Shown: positions 31,444 to 42,771, numbered from the stretch's first letter. The stretch: DNA of 64,000 nucleotides from Chlamydiales bacterium (GCA_965206695.1 CBDBKM010000013.1:96001-160000); one strand, 5' to 3'. A program made the numbers and translations. The notes: generated from the sequence alone by a model not told the origin.

Positions 31444-32253
31444 ATGACATCAATATCAAAAACACCAATATTGGAATGGAAAAATTGCCTAAATACCTTA
31501 ACTGACGAAGATCCTTGTCCTATTTGCCTTGAATCAAATTCAAATAAAAAAACGGTTCTACACAATGGTGCTCACCAATTTCATAAATTCTGTATTAAAA
31601 CATGGTTTAATATATCAAAACAATGCCCTACTTGCCGAAAAAAGATAGAAGAAGGAGATCTAAAAGGAAGGTTTTCTAAAGTGGCTGACCGAATAGAAGG
31701 ATATTCATTAGGAGTACCGGGATTAGTAACAGGATTGCTATCAGCAGGAGTAGCGGGAGCACTAGCAGTAGTAGGAGCAAACGCAACAGGATTAGTAGGA
31801 GCGGCAGTAGTAGGGGGCGCGGTAGCAGGATTAGTAGTAAAAGAGACATTAGTAGAATTAGGAACAGCAAGATTAGTAAGAGCAGTAATAAAGGCACCTA
31901 AAGTAATAGCAGTAGCAGGAGTATTAGGAACAGCAGCAGGATTAGTGGGGATGGCAACAGGAGTAGTAGCAAACCAAATAGGATTGGGAGCACCGCGGCA
32001 AGGGTAGGAGGAGCGGCAGGATTAGTAGTAGTAGCGGCAGCAGGAGTAGCGGGATTGATCATGACAACACCAAGAAGACAAAGAGGAGACATAGCGGCCG
32101 ACGTTAGAATAGTAGCAGGAATAGGGGGAGCCGCAGCAGGAGCAGCAATAACAGGATTATTAGGAGAAGCAGTAGTAAGGAGAGGAGCAAGAGTAGAAAC
32201 AAACGCATTAGTAGGAGGAGGAGCATTAGGATTATTAGGAGCAGCAACAACAG
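31444..32253 (+). pseudogene. RING-H2-like finger plus Gly/Ala/Val-rich hydrophobic repeat protein, frameshifted near 31990 and cut by IS630
   Basis: CPIC...HQFHKFCIKTW...CPTCR; glycine-zipper-like tail continues in another frame up to the IS630 at 32254. Confidence 0.75.
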
Positions 32254-33192
32254 TATAGTATTTTAATTTTTATTTGATAATATGTTATCCTTCTTTTTTT
32301 ATACAAACAGTAAGGATAAAACAATGCCTAGAGCCTATTCAGTAGATCTTCGAGAGAAAGTATTACAACATATAGAAAAACATCATGATAAAAAAACAGC
32401 CGGCCATATTTTTCAAGTAGGTATCGCAACAATATATCGATGGATCTTGCAAAAAAAGCAAAAAGGACATTTAAAGCCAATCCGCAGAAAATATGCTTAT
32501 AAGAAATTAGATGATGAGTTGTTATCTAAATATGTAGAAAAACATCCGGATTATTTTTTATCGGAAATTGCTGATTATTTTTCAGTCACTCCGCAAACGA
32601 TTTTTTATGCCCTTAAAAGATTAAAAATTACACGAAAAAAAAAACTACTCGCTATAAGGAAAGAGATGAAAAGAAACGGGAAGCTTTTATGAAAGATTTA
32701 AAAAATATTCCCTTTGACAAGAGAATTTATCTCGATGAAACCGGGATTCATCAATTTTTATTTCGTGAGTCCGGAAGAAGCTTACGCGGCAAAAAAGTTT
32801 TTGGAGCGGTTTCAGGAAACCGCTTTATAAGGCAAAATATTATTTCAGCCCTATCTAAAGGGCAGTTTTTATCTCCAATGTGTTTTGAAGGTACTTGTAA
32901 TACCGGGTTATTCAATATTTGGCTTAAGGAAGTTTTGACTCCTCAGCTTACACCCGGTAGTGTTCTTATTCTTGACAATGCCGGTTTTTACAAGTCAGCG
33001 GAAAGCAGGAAAACAGTAGAATCTGCCGGTTGTAAGCTTATGTTTCTTCCTCCATATTCTCCGGACTTAAATCCTATAGAAAAATATTGGGCTAATATGA
33101 AAAATAAAGTTAGAGAGATATTACGAAAAGTTACGAATTTTAAATTCGCCATTGATCAAGCAATCTTATCAATGTAAAATTAAATAACTATA
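32254..33192 (+). mobile_element. IS630 type a, full copy
   Basis: 939 bp, near-identical to 19633-20571. Confidence 0.97.
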
Positions 33193-33218
33193 CTATCCCT
33201 ATCTTTTAGAGCTACTTT

Positions 33219-33383
33219 AGGACAGTCGATAAGTTAAACCTTTGGAGATCATGTCAAACTCGGGAGGGCATGAGTTGGTTGAAGACCGTAAAAATTTCTT
33301 TGAGGAATTTTTATTGCAAAAACCAAATGTTGTTCCCGGGATAGTGATCGTTGAATAAGGCATCCCTTCCCTTGTGGGTAAGG
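33219..33383 (+). mobile_element. TnpB right-end/omega-RNA-like remnant (diverged)
   Basis: Shares CAGTCG..AA.TTAAA.CTTTGGAGATC and TTGAAT.AGG.ATCCCTT blocks with 62725-62834. Confidence 0.5.
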
Positions 33384-33491
33384 ACGAATACCCTCTTTAA
33401 GCGGGTATCACCTTTATCTATTTTATTTAAAAAGCTTAAAAATGAAAAAAAGATTCGATACTATCTACCATAGAGTTAACAGCCCTCTTAT

Positions 33492-34082
33492 CTAGGGTAA
33501 ATCTTCGGGCAACCCTTCCATGCCAAGCTCTAACCGAACTCCAAAAGAATTATTCATACTAGCCAACATAAAATACTGAGAAACCAGTGTAATAATATCA
33601 ACTATTTGATGCTCATCTAAATAACGTATTAAATTTTGCCATAACTCTTGAGAAATATTACACATTTGCATCAGTTCATCTACAGCTTGTAAAATGGCCA
33701 AATCTAATTCTTGCCATTGGTCGTCCAAGCGTCTTAAACAAAGTCGTTTTGCTTCATCTTCAGTAAAACCGGCACTTATTGCAATAGGTAGATTATGGCC
33801 CCACACATAATCAGCTTTTTTCAAATATGCGATTCGCAATATAATCATTTCTTGAATTCTTAGATCTAATTTTACATGCAATTTAGAGGCTATCCACCAT
33901 TCAAGAAAAGGTCCAAAATATTCCGAACTTTTAGCTAGCGTACCTAATATATTTACAGGAGCAAATTTTCCTTTAAGACCTTCTTCCGGGAGTTTTTTAA
34001 GTATTTCAAACCACTCCTCTTTGAAAGTATCAAGCAACAACGGCTTACTACGCTGACTATTCGCTTCCATTGGCTTTCTCAT
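33492..34082 (-). CDS. carboxymuconolactone decarboxylase/AhpD-like family protein
   Basis: NILGTLA, EMIILRIAYL..ADYVWGHN and AILQAVDEL patterns. Confidence 0.8.
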   Translation of the reverse strand: MRKPMEANSQRSKPLLLDTFKEEWFEILKKLPEEGLKGKFAPVNILGTLAKSSEYFGPFLEWWIASKLHVKLDLRIQEMIILRIAYLKKADYVWGHNLPIAISAGFTEDEAKRLCLRRLDDQWQELDLAILQAVDELMQMCNISQELWQNLIRYLDEHQIVDIITLVSQYFMLASMNNSFGVRLELGMEGLPEDLP

Positions 34083-34323
34083 TACTATAAAACCTCTTTT
34101 TTGATATTACTTTGTATTTATATTATAATATTCAACATTATTTTCTTAATTAATGCCTAATAAAATCGATCTATTCTTCTCTTCTTTTCTGAACGGTAAG
34201 GAGGACATTGATGTCTATTTATTGCAAAAAAAGTACGCTGTCATACTAAGATATTGAACAAAATATTCTACCTTATTATGGAGCACATTTCAACCTAAAG
34301 ACATTTTTGAAACCGTAAAGCAC

Positions 34324-34412
34324 TAGACTTCTTTCGAAATAAAATTTTTGATTATAGTAACCTACTTTAAAAGTAGGTTTGTACCATGAAATTTAATTTC
34401 GAAAGAAGTCGA
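34324..34412. mobile_element. MITE derived from the ISL2-like IS5 element
   Basis: TAGACTTCTTTCGAAAT ... ATTTCGAAAGAAGTC; retains ATGAAATTT, the transposase start. Confidence 0.75.
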
Positions 34413-34496
34413 ATGAAAAAAATCATTTCTTCCTTTTAAAAAAGTAAGAATTCATCTTTATTAATCTAAGTAACCCAAAATAAGAAAAAAACTAAT

Positions 34497-34818
34497 ATGA
34501 GCATACCTGAGACACCTGCACCGAAAAATAAAAAGCGAATGATTTGGATTAGTGCCTTCTGCTTTATTATTGTTATTATCGCAGTCCTAACCTTTTTTTA
34601 TTGGCTTTTTGTATGGCGCCATGAAGTCTATACAACAGATGCTTATGTTTCAGGAAATCTTGTTAACCTTAATTCTCAAGTCTCAGGTATCGTCTCTTCC
34701 ATCAATATTATTGATACCGATTATGTTGAGAAAGGACAAATTCTTGTTGAGTTAGACACAACTGATTTAACCCTTACCTTCGAAACAAATTGTCAGATGC
34801 TAGCCGGAAATATTCGCC
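34497..34818 (+). pseudogene. EmrA/HlyD-family membrane fusion protein, 5' fragment truncated by IS630
   Basis: Transmembrane segment, then YTTDAYVSGNLVNLNSQVSG...VEKGQILVELD. Confidence 0.85.
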
Positions 34819-35876
34819 TATACCCCTTATGAATCAAAGTGCCGATTCTAAGACTTGAAAATGATCATTGATTCGTGTCCTCATTGATTGAGCAATAGAG
34901 GGCCAAGTATTTTCAAAAAATCCGGTAATCGATCTCCGAAATTCTTTAGCAGAATTAAAAAACCGATTATTGCGACAATATTCATTCATCACTTTCCATA
35001 ATCGTTCAATGGGATTGAGGTTAGGACTGTAAGAAGGTAAATAATAGAGAATAATACCTTGTTTTTCTGCTTCTTGTTTGGTCTGAATACTTGTATTATA
35101 AGGGCCTTGATCTAAAATAAGATGGATATTTGGAGCTGAGGGGTATTTTGACCGTAGCAAAGCAAAATGCTTTGCCATGGTACCGCTATTTAATGTTTCA
35201 TAAGCATCTATTGTTACCTTCATACTGTTTAAATTGATAGACCCCATAAGATTCATTCGAGTACGAGAAGCTGTTGTTGCAATCAATTTATCTGTTCCCG
35301 GTCGAATCCAACCATAAGAAATTTTAGTTGCCATAGTTGGATGTACACCATCAGCAAATTCAACAGGCTCATTTTTAGGCAGAAATGCCATAAGCTTGGC
35401 GTAAAATTGCATCCAAGCTTTTTGTTGATCAGAATTTGCCTTAGCCGGTGTACCTTTAGGCTTTTTATAGGAAAAACCATGTGAGTGTAGCCAAGAAGTC
35501 ATCCCTGAAATCGTATAAACAATGCCATATTTCGCGAGAACATAAGAACAGATATCTTCTACTTTGACATAGGTATGAGTTGTTAAATGTTTAATGAATT
35601 CTTCTGACTGTGGCGCAAGAAGTTTACTGACTGAACCACCGCTTTCTACATGCAATTGCTGTTTATTTTGATATTCTTTAATGTGACGAGACACTGTTTC
35701 ATCGTCTAAAAGCACAGCTTCAGCAATACGAGTATTACTCCAACCTTTATTCGACAATAGAACAGCCTTGATACGATCTCGTATACGACCATTCTTTTCT
35801 CGTTTATGTTGCTGTCTGAGATGCTTTTCTTCTGATAGTGTTAAAAATGAATTCATACAAAATAATTTACACTATA
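34819..35876 (-). mobile_element. IS630 type c with intact 340-aa transposase (34834-35856)
   Basis: RIRDRIKAVLL, FADGVHP, ILDQG and YLPSYSPNLNPIERLWK motifs; TA at both ends. Confidence 0.93.
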
Positions 35877-36439
35877 CGAATACAAAATATCCGGAGGTTT
35901 ATTCGTGATGAGTATATAATTCCTTTATTATTACAGGATCGAATTTCCATTTTACGAGGAAAAATAGTCTCAAAATACCCCCATTCCGAACTAGAGAATT
36001 CTTTTTGCAAAAATCCTGTAAAACTACGTAATGATCTTTCATAACGAACTTTACATCCTCTTTTTCGATAAATGTCATCAGCTAAACGCTTCAAATACTG
36101 AATAACTGTTTCTTCTATTTCCGGTTTCGGGATTATATATTTAGGGAAAATAGAAATATCTAGAATTTGCTCAAACCAGTCGTTATAAACAGGAAGAGCC
36201 TTCTCATCAAAAGGATGTTTAAAAGTATTAGCAACTCCCTTCTTAGTTAAAAAAGCAAAATTAGTATCTGCATATAACCAACAATAAGCCTCTTGTTCAG
36301 TATATCGCTCTTCCGGCATTTGAGACTCTTCATCGTTCCATACATCAGGAGAATAATCTTTCCAAAACTCTTTATGCTCTTTTACTTCCTCTTTAAACTC
36401 GCGTAATAGCACATGAACAAATGATAGATCTCTATTCAC
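35877..36439 (-). pseudogene. integrase-downstream hypothetical protein, truncated by IS630 type c
   Basis: AGGAG plus GTG start; the ORF runs into the IS end. Confidence 0.6.
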
Positions 36440-36474
36440 CTTGTTCTCCTTGTAATTTTTCAGATATGTTCCGG

Positions 36475-37500
36475 CTAAACTTCTTGACTAATGACCCCCT
36501 CAAGATGTGTATACCTCTGTAACATTTGTAGAGAGCGATGGCCCATAGCAGTCGCCAATTCTAAATTCGAAGCTCCTTGACGAGCGGCAAATATAGCAAA
36601 AGAGTGCCGTAGATCATGGAATTTAAATGATTGAATATTTGCCTGTTCCGGTACATCAGACCATACAGATCTAATATCTAATTGTCTAAATGCCGTTTGA
36701 CCGGGGAAGACACAAGTGTGATGAGTCTTCTTTAACTTTTTCAAATGATTAAGCTCATGAATCACGACATCAACTAAGGGTAAACTTCTTGGTCTTCCAT
36801 TTTTAGTTACTTTTACATAAGCCATCTGATTCTCAAAATCGATATCATCCCGTTGTAACCCTAAGATTTCTCCTTTTCTAGCCCCTGTAGTAAGAGCTAT
36901 TAAAACAATAGTATATATATAAGGATGATGATGTTCTTTACAGACCTGTAATAATAGGATAGCTTCTTCATCAGATAAATAACGATCTCTACCGGAAGAT
37001 TCTTTTAATTTTAATAATTGATTACAGGGATTTTAATCAATCCAATGCAAGTGTTTGACGGCATACGTTAAAATAGAAGATAAAGTAGAAAAATAGTGGT
37101 TAACAGTACCCGGAGTACGTTTTTTACCATGTTTCGTATCTGTTTCTAATAAATATTTACGCTCTTTACTTATGAGCTCCGAGTTAATATGACAAAGGGC
37201 ATAGGAGCCAATCCGTTGATTCCAATATTCTAAATGTCTTAAGGTATCTCTAACAGAATGATGATGCTCTAAAGCTCCGTCAGAAGTATAACGCTCCATT
37301 AATAGTGAAAAGGTATGCTTATTTTTATGGTAGGAGAAATTAAAACGACCGGATTTAATTTTTCTTTCTGTGTCATGTGCCCAATCTTCAGCCTCTTGTT
37401 TACGGTCAAAGGATTGGCCGGTAGTTGGGAAACCTTTTAGTCTAATAACAGCTCTCCAAGTGCTTCCGGTAATGGTTTTTCTTTTGAAAATTGATGCCAT
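36475..37500 (-). pseudogene. tyrosine recombinase/integrase with a single in-frame nonsense codon
   Basis: One frame: MASIFKR...HWID*NPC...ALTTGARKGEILGL...TKNG...HDLRH...GHRSLQMLQRYTH; TAA at 37033-37035. Confidence 0.9.
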
Positions 37501-37669
37501 ACTATGCCTCTCTTTAATTATTTTGGTAAATCAAAAGACTGGATAGTACCGGTAAAACTATTGTTCACTGCACCGTTTTTGCAGCGCAAGAGATAAAATC
37601 TTATTATTTAAGAACTTAGTATTTATTTTAATTTTTCTTAAGTCGCTTGTTTCTAATAAGATAAAATTT

Positions 37670-37721
37670 TGGGGGCGGTTGGATTCGAACCAACGTATCC
37701 ATTGCAGAGACGGAGTTACAG
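37670..37721 (-). other. 3' half of tRNA-Tyr(GTA), serving as an integrase att core
   Basis: Minus strand CTGTAAC-TCCGT-long variable arm-GTTGG TTCGAAT CCAAC-CGCCCCC-A; no D arm or matching 5' stems upstream. Confidence 0.85.
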
Positions 37722-37899
37722 GGCGGTGTATCAGTAGTATAACCAATAATATCCAATCATAATGAGCATTATTATAGAGAAGAAATAGGCAAAAGTTTAT
37801 TGGTTTGTGTTGATTGATGCCGGTTGTTTATCAAGTTTACTGCACCGTTTATTGTTATTGAGATAAAGAAATATCTTCAGAGACAATCTGTGTACTAAC

Positions 37900-38508
37900 C
37901 TATGTTCTACCTTTATTCTCTTCTTTTAAAATGGAAAGAGCTTTTTGGAAGGTCTCATCATCATCCATTTCATAATTATATGAATTAGGATATTCTGAAC
38001 GATAAGAAATCAACCCTTCATAAGATCCAAAAACACAAATATCAGGATGGTAAATTCGGCTGCCTTTTGAATCGTTTACAAAAATGTGTAATCTAATATT
38101 TTTATCAGCAAACACTTGACTATCAAGATAAGGTTTTAAAGGCTTATTTGAATTAACAGCCGCAATAAACTCTTGGACACAATCGACTAACATAGCTCTG
38201 GCTTCTTTTTTTTTAACCGTTCTATGAATCTTAAATGATAAGCTTAATATTTTATCTCCTAACCATCCTCCACCAAAACCGGTACATTTCATATCATATC
38301 GTTCGGATAAAGTCGAAGCGACATCCTTCAATATCCCATTAGTAATACTTCTCCGATCAGAAGGTAGGGATTTTTCCATTTCATCAAGAGCTTTAGTAAG
38401 TTGAAGTGTATTCGGATGAGTACTAGTATCGTGTGAGCATGAGGCGAAACAAACACCTAACAATAATACGTTCATTAAAAAAAATAATCGCAACAATTTA
38501 TTATGCAT
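37900..38508 (-). CDS. putative lipoprotein, immunity-like
   Basis: Basic N-terminus, hydrophobic core and FAS-C lipobox-like site; 8-bp overlap with the upstream gene. Confidence 0.75.
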   Translation of the reverse strand: MHNKLLRLFFLMNVLLLGVCFASCSHDTSTHPNTLQLTKALDEMEKSLPSDRRSITNGILKDVASTLSERYDMKCTGFGGGWLGDKILSLSFKIHRTVKKKEARAMLVDCVQEFIAAVNSNKPLKPYLDSQVFADKNIRLHIFVNDSKGSRIYHPDICVFGSYEGLISYRSEYPNSYNYEMDDDETFQKALSILKEENKGRT

Positions 38509-40351
38509 TTGATAAACCCTTTTGTTTTTTTATAAAATCCCGGATACTTACTTTAAGTGCACTTTGATACGTCTCACTTAAAAAGGCATGATCAAATTTT
38601 TCGGAAGTGCCTAAGGCCGGTTCCAATAAGTGGACAGTACCTTGTTTTTCAGCAATCCTACGTTCTTTATCAATGTTCGGAACAAAAGCATCATTCTCAC
38701 TAAGATAGTGACCGACATGTCTACACAAACTATCATCAATATACTTGCTTGGCGCAATTGCAGCTACCTCAATACGTTTTCGAATATCCTTAGGCAGTAA
38801 GTACAAGGTGTTATTCGTATGAGCTGTTCCTTGACTATGACAAACAATTAATACTTTTGAATCGTCTGGGTGAGCATTAAAATAAGATATAATTTCATTT
38901 GCTAAAAGAAATGAAGGCGTTGTTACTATTCCATTCATATTCTTTCTAGCTTCATTCAAATCATTGACCTTACCATGAGTGGCATTGTAGACTGATGTAA
39001 TACTTGCACCCTCGGAATATTGGGACAGAACATTAGTAGACTCTTGTGAATCTTCTAATGTATTATCTATACCATTTATATAAATGATCTTGCCATTTTT
39101 CAATTCTTTATCTCCTACCTTATAAACCTCAGACATAAGGAAATTTTCTCTTGTCCTTTCTTTTCCAAGAATATCGTGAGCATTTTGAGCATGCCAATCG
39201 CCTGAATGATTCCGAAAATTTTCTTCCGAGTTAAACTTTTTTACAATATTGAGCACTTGCATCCTTTCATCTGCTTCATTAATAGGTTGAGGATAGGTTG
39301 AGCAATCAGTAAATACCCTTTGCAGTTCAGCTGATCTTTTATCCCAAATATTTTCATGTTGAGATAAATAAGAATCAGATATCGATGGATTTTCAACTAT
39401 CTTTTTGTGGTTAGTTTCCACGCTATCTAAACACTTATTAAACTCGTGCATCAGTAATGGTTCAGAAAGAGTGGAATCCTTAAAAAGGTTCTGAGACCTA
39501 TCTAGGTTACTATTCGTCGATATGGGTAATACATTTTCTTGATTGGATATTACCGGATTACCAAACAAACTTTGTAATAGGGGACCTATAAAATCTTTAT
39601 CGAAAGGGTTATCAATTTTGACTGAGTCTAAAGAAGAAGTATTCTTTACAGGCGCTAATGAAGCTTCTTTGTCATCGATACCGGAACTATACTTATTAGC
39701 GGTATCCCCTGCTAACGTTCCTCCAAGCCCACCGATAGCAGCTCCTACTCCTGATGCTTGAGCAGCTGTTGTTGTCATTGCTGATGCTATAGCTACTGTT
39801 GCAACAGCTGCCACTGCAATAGCTGCAACTATGGCAACACCAACGATAATTTCTTTTTTATGATCCTTACAAAATTGACCTACCTTTTTGGTAAGATCTT
39901 TGGTTTGTTTAGCCGTTTTTTTAAAGACTTTTTTGACGCTTTTAACAACACGTTTTGTTGTTTTGACAATGACATCAACGGTTTTATTGTATATCTCTTT
40001 GGCTTTGCGAGCAGCCTTTTTGAAAAAGTCTTTAGACTCTTTAGGTTCTGGTTTAGACTTCGTTATCGTTTCCTCAATAATGATCTCTTCTTCTATCGTT
40101 ACTTCTTCTGTTGCATTTAACTCATCTGTTAAGACCTTAATATTGCGATTTAACAAATTGGTATCTGTAGAAGCCTCAGCACCTTTTTGACTTAAATCAA
40201 GAAGATGGGTGGTGATATTTGTTACGAGTTCTTCATCACCCGGGCTCTGCTCAATCATCAATTCAAGATCATGAACATATTGCTCTGCTTCTTCAAGAGT
40301 TGTGGGCATTCGATTAAATAAGAAGGTCGGATCGTTAGAGATTGTCGTCAT
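38501..40351 (-). CDS. DUF687-like protein: Lys-rich and hydrophobic N-region with C-terminal alpha/beta-hydrolase (lipase-like) domain
   Basis: YINGIDN, VYNATHG, CHSQG nucleophile elbow, D..VP and DHAF motifs. Confidence 0.75.
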   Translation of the reverse strand: MTTISNDPTFLFNRMPTTLEEAEQYVHDLELMIEQSPGDEELVTNITTHLLDLSQKGAEASTDTNLLNRNIKVLTDELNATEEVTIEEEIIIEETITKSKPEPKESKDFFKKAARKAKEIYNKTVDVIVKTTKRVVKSVKKVFKKTAKQTKDLTKKVGQFCKDHKKEIIVGVAIVAAIAVAAVATVAIASAMTTTAAQASGVGAAIGGLGGTLAGDTANKYSSGIDDKEASLAPVKNTSSLDSVKIDNPFDKDFIGPLLQSLFGNPVISNQENVLPISTNSNLDRSQNLFKDSTLSEPLLMHEFNKCLDSVETNHKKIVENPSISDSYLSQHENIWDKRSAELQRVFTDCSTYPQPINEADERMQVLNIVKKFNSEENFRNHSGDWHAQNAHDILGKERTRENFLMSEVYKVGDKELKNGKIIYINGIDNTLEDSQESTNVLSQYSEGASITSVYNATHGKVNDLNEARKNMNGIVTTPSFLLANEIISYFNAHPDDSKVLIVCHSQGTAHTNNTLYLLPKDIRKRIEVAAIAPSKYIDDSLCRHVGHYLSENDAFVPNIDKERRIAEKQGTVHLLEPALGTSEKFDHAFLSETYQSALKVSIRDFIKKQKGLSNA

Positions 40352-40590
40352 CGAAAATAAGCGAGAATTTTAATTAAACGCATATTTTCACAGATCTACT
40401 TTTATTAAATCAAATAGTTTATTTATTAAAAAATAATTTATTAATTAGTTAAAATTTTAAAAGTGATGGGAAAAAAAACTAGACAAGCATTTCTATAGGT
40501 TCGATACGTTTTCTGGGGTAACACTTCATCGCTTCCCAAAGCTAATAATTGATTTCAGACTCTAAGCTATTTCTCGGCTTATATTAGGTA

Positions 40591-41529
40591 TATAGTATTT
40601 TAATTTTTATTTGATAATATGTTATCCTTCTTTTTTTATACAAACAGTAAGGACAAAACAATGCCTAGAGCCTATTCAGTAGATCTTCGAGAGAAAGTAT
40701 TACAACATATAGAAAAACATCATGATAAAAAAACAGCCGGCCATATTTTTCAAGTAGGTATCGCAACAATATATCGATGGATCTTGCAAAAAAAGCAAAA
40801 AGGACATTTAAAGCCAATCCGCAGAAAATATGCTTATAAGAAATTAGATGATGAGTTGTTATCTAAATATGTAGAAAAACATCCGGATTATTTTTTATCG
40901 GAAATTGCTGATTATTTTTCAGTCACTCCGCAAACGATTTTTTATGCCCTTAAAAGATTAAAAATTACACGAAAAAAAAAACTACTCGCTATAAGGAAAG
41001 AGATGAAAAGAAACGGGAAGCTTTTATGAAAGATTTAAAAAATATTCCCTTTGACAAGAGAATTTATCTCGATGAAACCGGGATTCATCAATTTTTATTT
41101 CGTGAATCCGGAAGAAGCTTACGCGGCAAAAAAGTTTTTGGAGCGGTTTCAGGAAACCGCTTTATAAGGCAAAATATTATTTCAGCCCTATCTAAAGGGC
41201 AGTTTTTATCTCCAATGTGTTTTGAAGGTACTTGTAATACCGGATTATTCAATATTTGGCTTAAGGAAGTTTTGACTCCTCAGCTTACACCCGGTAGTGT
41301 TCTTATTCTTGACAATGCCGGTTTTCACAAGTCAGCGGAAAGCAGGAAAACAGTAGAATCTGCCGGTTGTAAGCTTATGTTTCTTCCTCCATATTCTCCG
41401 GACTTAAATCCTATAGAAAAATATTGGGCTAATATGAAAAATAAAGTTAGAGAGATATTACGAAAAGTTACGAATTTTAAATTCGCCATTGATCAAGCAA
41501 TCTTATCAATGTAAAATTAAATGACTATA
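40591..41529 (+). mobile_element. IS630 type a, full copy
   Basis: 939 bp, near-identical to the other copies. Confidence 0.97.
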
Positions 41530-41673
41530 CACGCCATCGTAGTATCTCTCATTTTTTTATTAACTTACTTGGGTCTCTTATTGCGTACTCTCATCAAGAA
41601 AAAAACCTTCAATTAAGTTGGAAAGGCATCAGAATATTTTACCTATGGTAATTTAAACCCAAAACTCGGGTTA
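41530..41673 (+). mobile_element. IS982-family 3' remnant
   Basis: TRHRSISHFFINLLGSLIAYSHQEKKPSI; end AAACCCAAAACTCGGGT. Confidence 0.8.
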
Positions 41674-41910
41674 TTACTCAGATGTTCCTTAGATCCAAAC
41701 AGGCCCATTCATCATTTCTAAAAATTTTAATCCCCCATATCCTTACCCTTCCTCCAAAACCTATTAAACAAAACCGCAAAAGACAAAATAAATAAGTCTA
41801 TTTTATATTTTAATAAACAAATTTAATTCTATCTTAATATTTCAATGTCAACATTGAAAGTTAAAAAAATCTTGTTTTATTATTTAAAAAATGGGGTTTT
41901 TAAAAAATAT

Positions 41911-42771
41911 ATGGTTAGTACATTAGATAATACTATTTCATATCTTCAAAAAGATATTGATTCTTGGTATCCCGAACCGGAGGAAAAGCTTTCTTTCTGT
42001 CTTTCTCAAGGAGATGCTGATGGTTCTGTTACAGAGGCAGCTGTTAAACAAGTCTTCAGTAAAATTAGTTCACAAAAAGAAAGAGGGGTAACCTTTAAAA
42101 AAGAATATATTTGTTCTACCTTAAGGGGAGGTGCATGCTCGGCGCTCGCATTCAATTTTATCAAAAATTACATTGGTAGAACAGAAGAACACCCGTTTTG
42201 GAGAAAGAAAAGAGTGATAAAAGATATTAGCCATGAAGCGAGTCAAGGTGCTCGTCTCGAACATAGAATACAACAAGCTGCTTTTAATTGTATTGCTCAA
42301 GATCCTTCAACGCAAACGAGCGATTTTACAAGAGCTAAAATGCAGTCCTTAGCTAATTTCTATGACCTAAGAATTATCAAAGCCTCTGAAGAATTTAAAG
42401 TAAGCTCAGAAGAGCACACAAGCCGCGTTATCGATCCATTGGCTAACGGTATTTATCTGGTTAGAATGTTGTTACCTAGCGATAATGAAAAAAAAGAAGC
42501 CTTCGGCCACTCCATGGTTTATATTCAATCGGATCAAAGCAGTTTCTTTTACGATCCTTCCAGAAGAGTGAAAGAATTAAATGATGACAATCAGAGTAAA
42601 CAAATCCATCAATTCTTGATGGAAAATCATTCTAATTACGGCTTAAAGACCGCACGTTTTTATCAAGTGATTCCAAATAATGCTTCCTCTCGACAAAAAT
42701 TTGTTCTAAAATCCATAAAAACCATTATTAAGTGGTTTTGCCAACATAATCATAAAGCTACTGCTGCGTAA
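41911..42771 (+). CDS. putative YopT/C58-like papain-fold cysteine protease
   Basis: GGACSALA (Cys), GHSMV (His), FFYDPS (Asp) in the expected order; alternative start at 41845. Confidence 0.6.
   Translation: MVSTLDNTISYLQKDIDSWYPEPEEKLSFCLSQGDADGSVTEAAVKQVFSKISSQKERGVTFKKEYICSTLRGGACSALAFNFIKNYIGRTEEHPFWRKKRVIKDISHEASQGARLEHRIQQAAFNCIAQDPSTQTSDFTRAKMQSLANFYDLRIIKASEEFKVSSEEHTSRVIDPLANGIYLVRMLLPSDNEKKEAFGHSMVYIQSDQSSFFYDPSRRVKELNDDNQSKQIHQFLMENHSNYGLKTARFYQVIPNNASSRQKFVLKSIKTIIKWFCQHNHKATAA

Noticed and set aside
31676..32092. Poly-Leu and Pro/Ala ORFs on the minus strand
   Set aside because: Antisense shadows of the purine-rich low-complexity tail of the RING gene.
35867..37500. Intact prophage or conjugative element
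   Set aside because: No structural, replication or tra genes were recognised, and the integrase carries a stop codon.
37670..37760. Functional tRNA-Tyr gene
   Set aside because: The 5' acceptor strand, D arm and 5' anticodon stem are missing; only the 3' half is present.
39543..40190. Plus-strand ORFs opposite the 616-aa gene
   Set aside because: Antisense shadows of Lys-rich and Ala-rich coding sequence.
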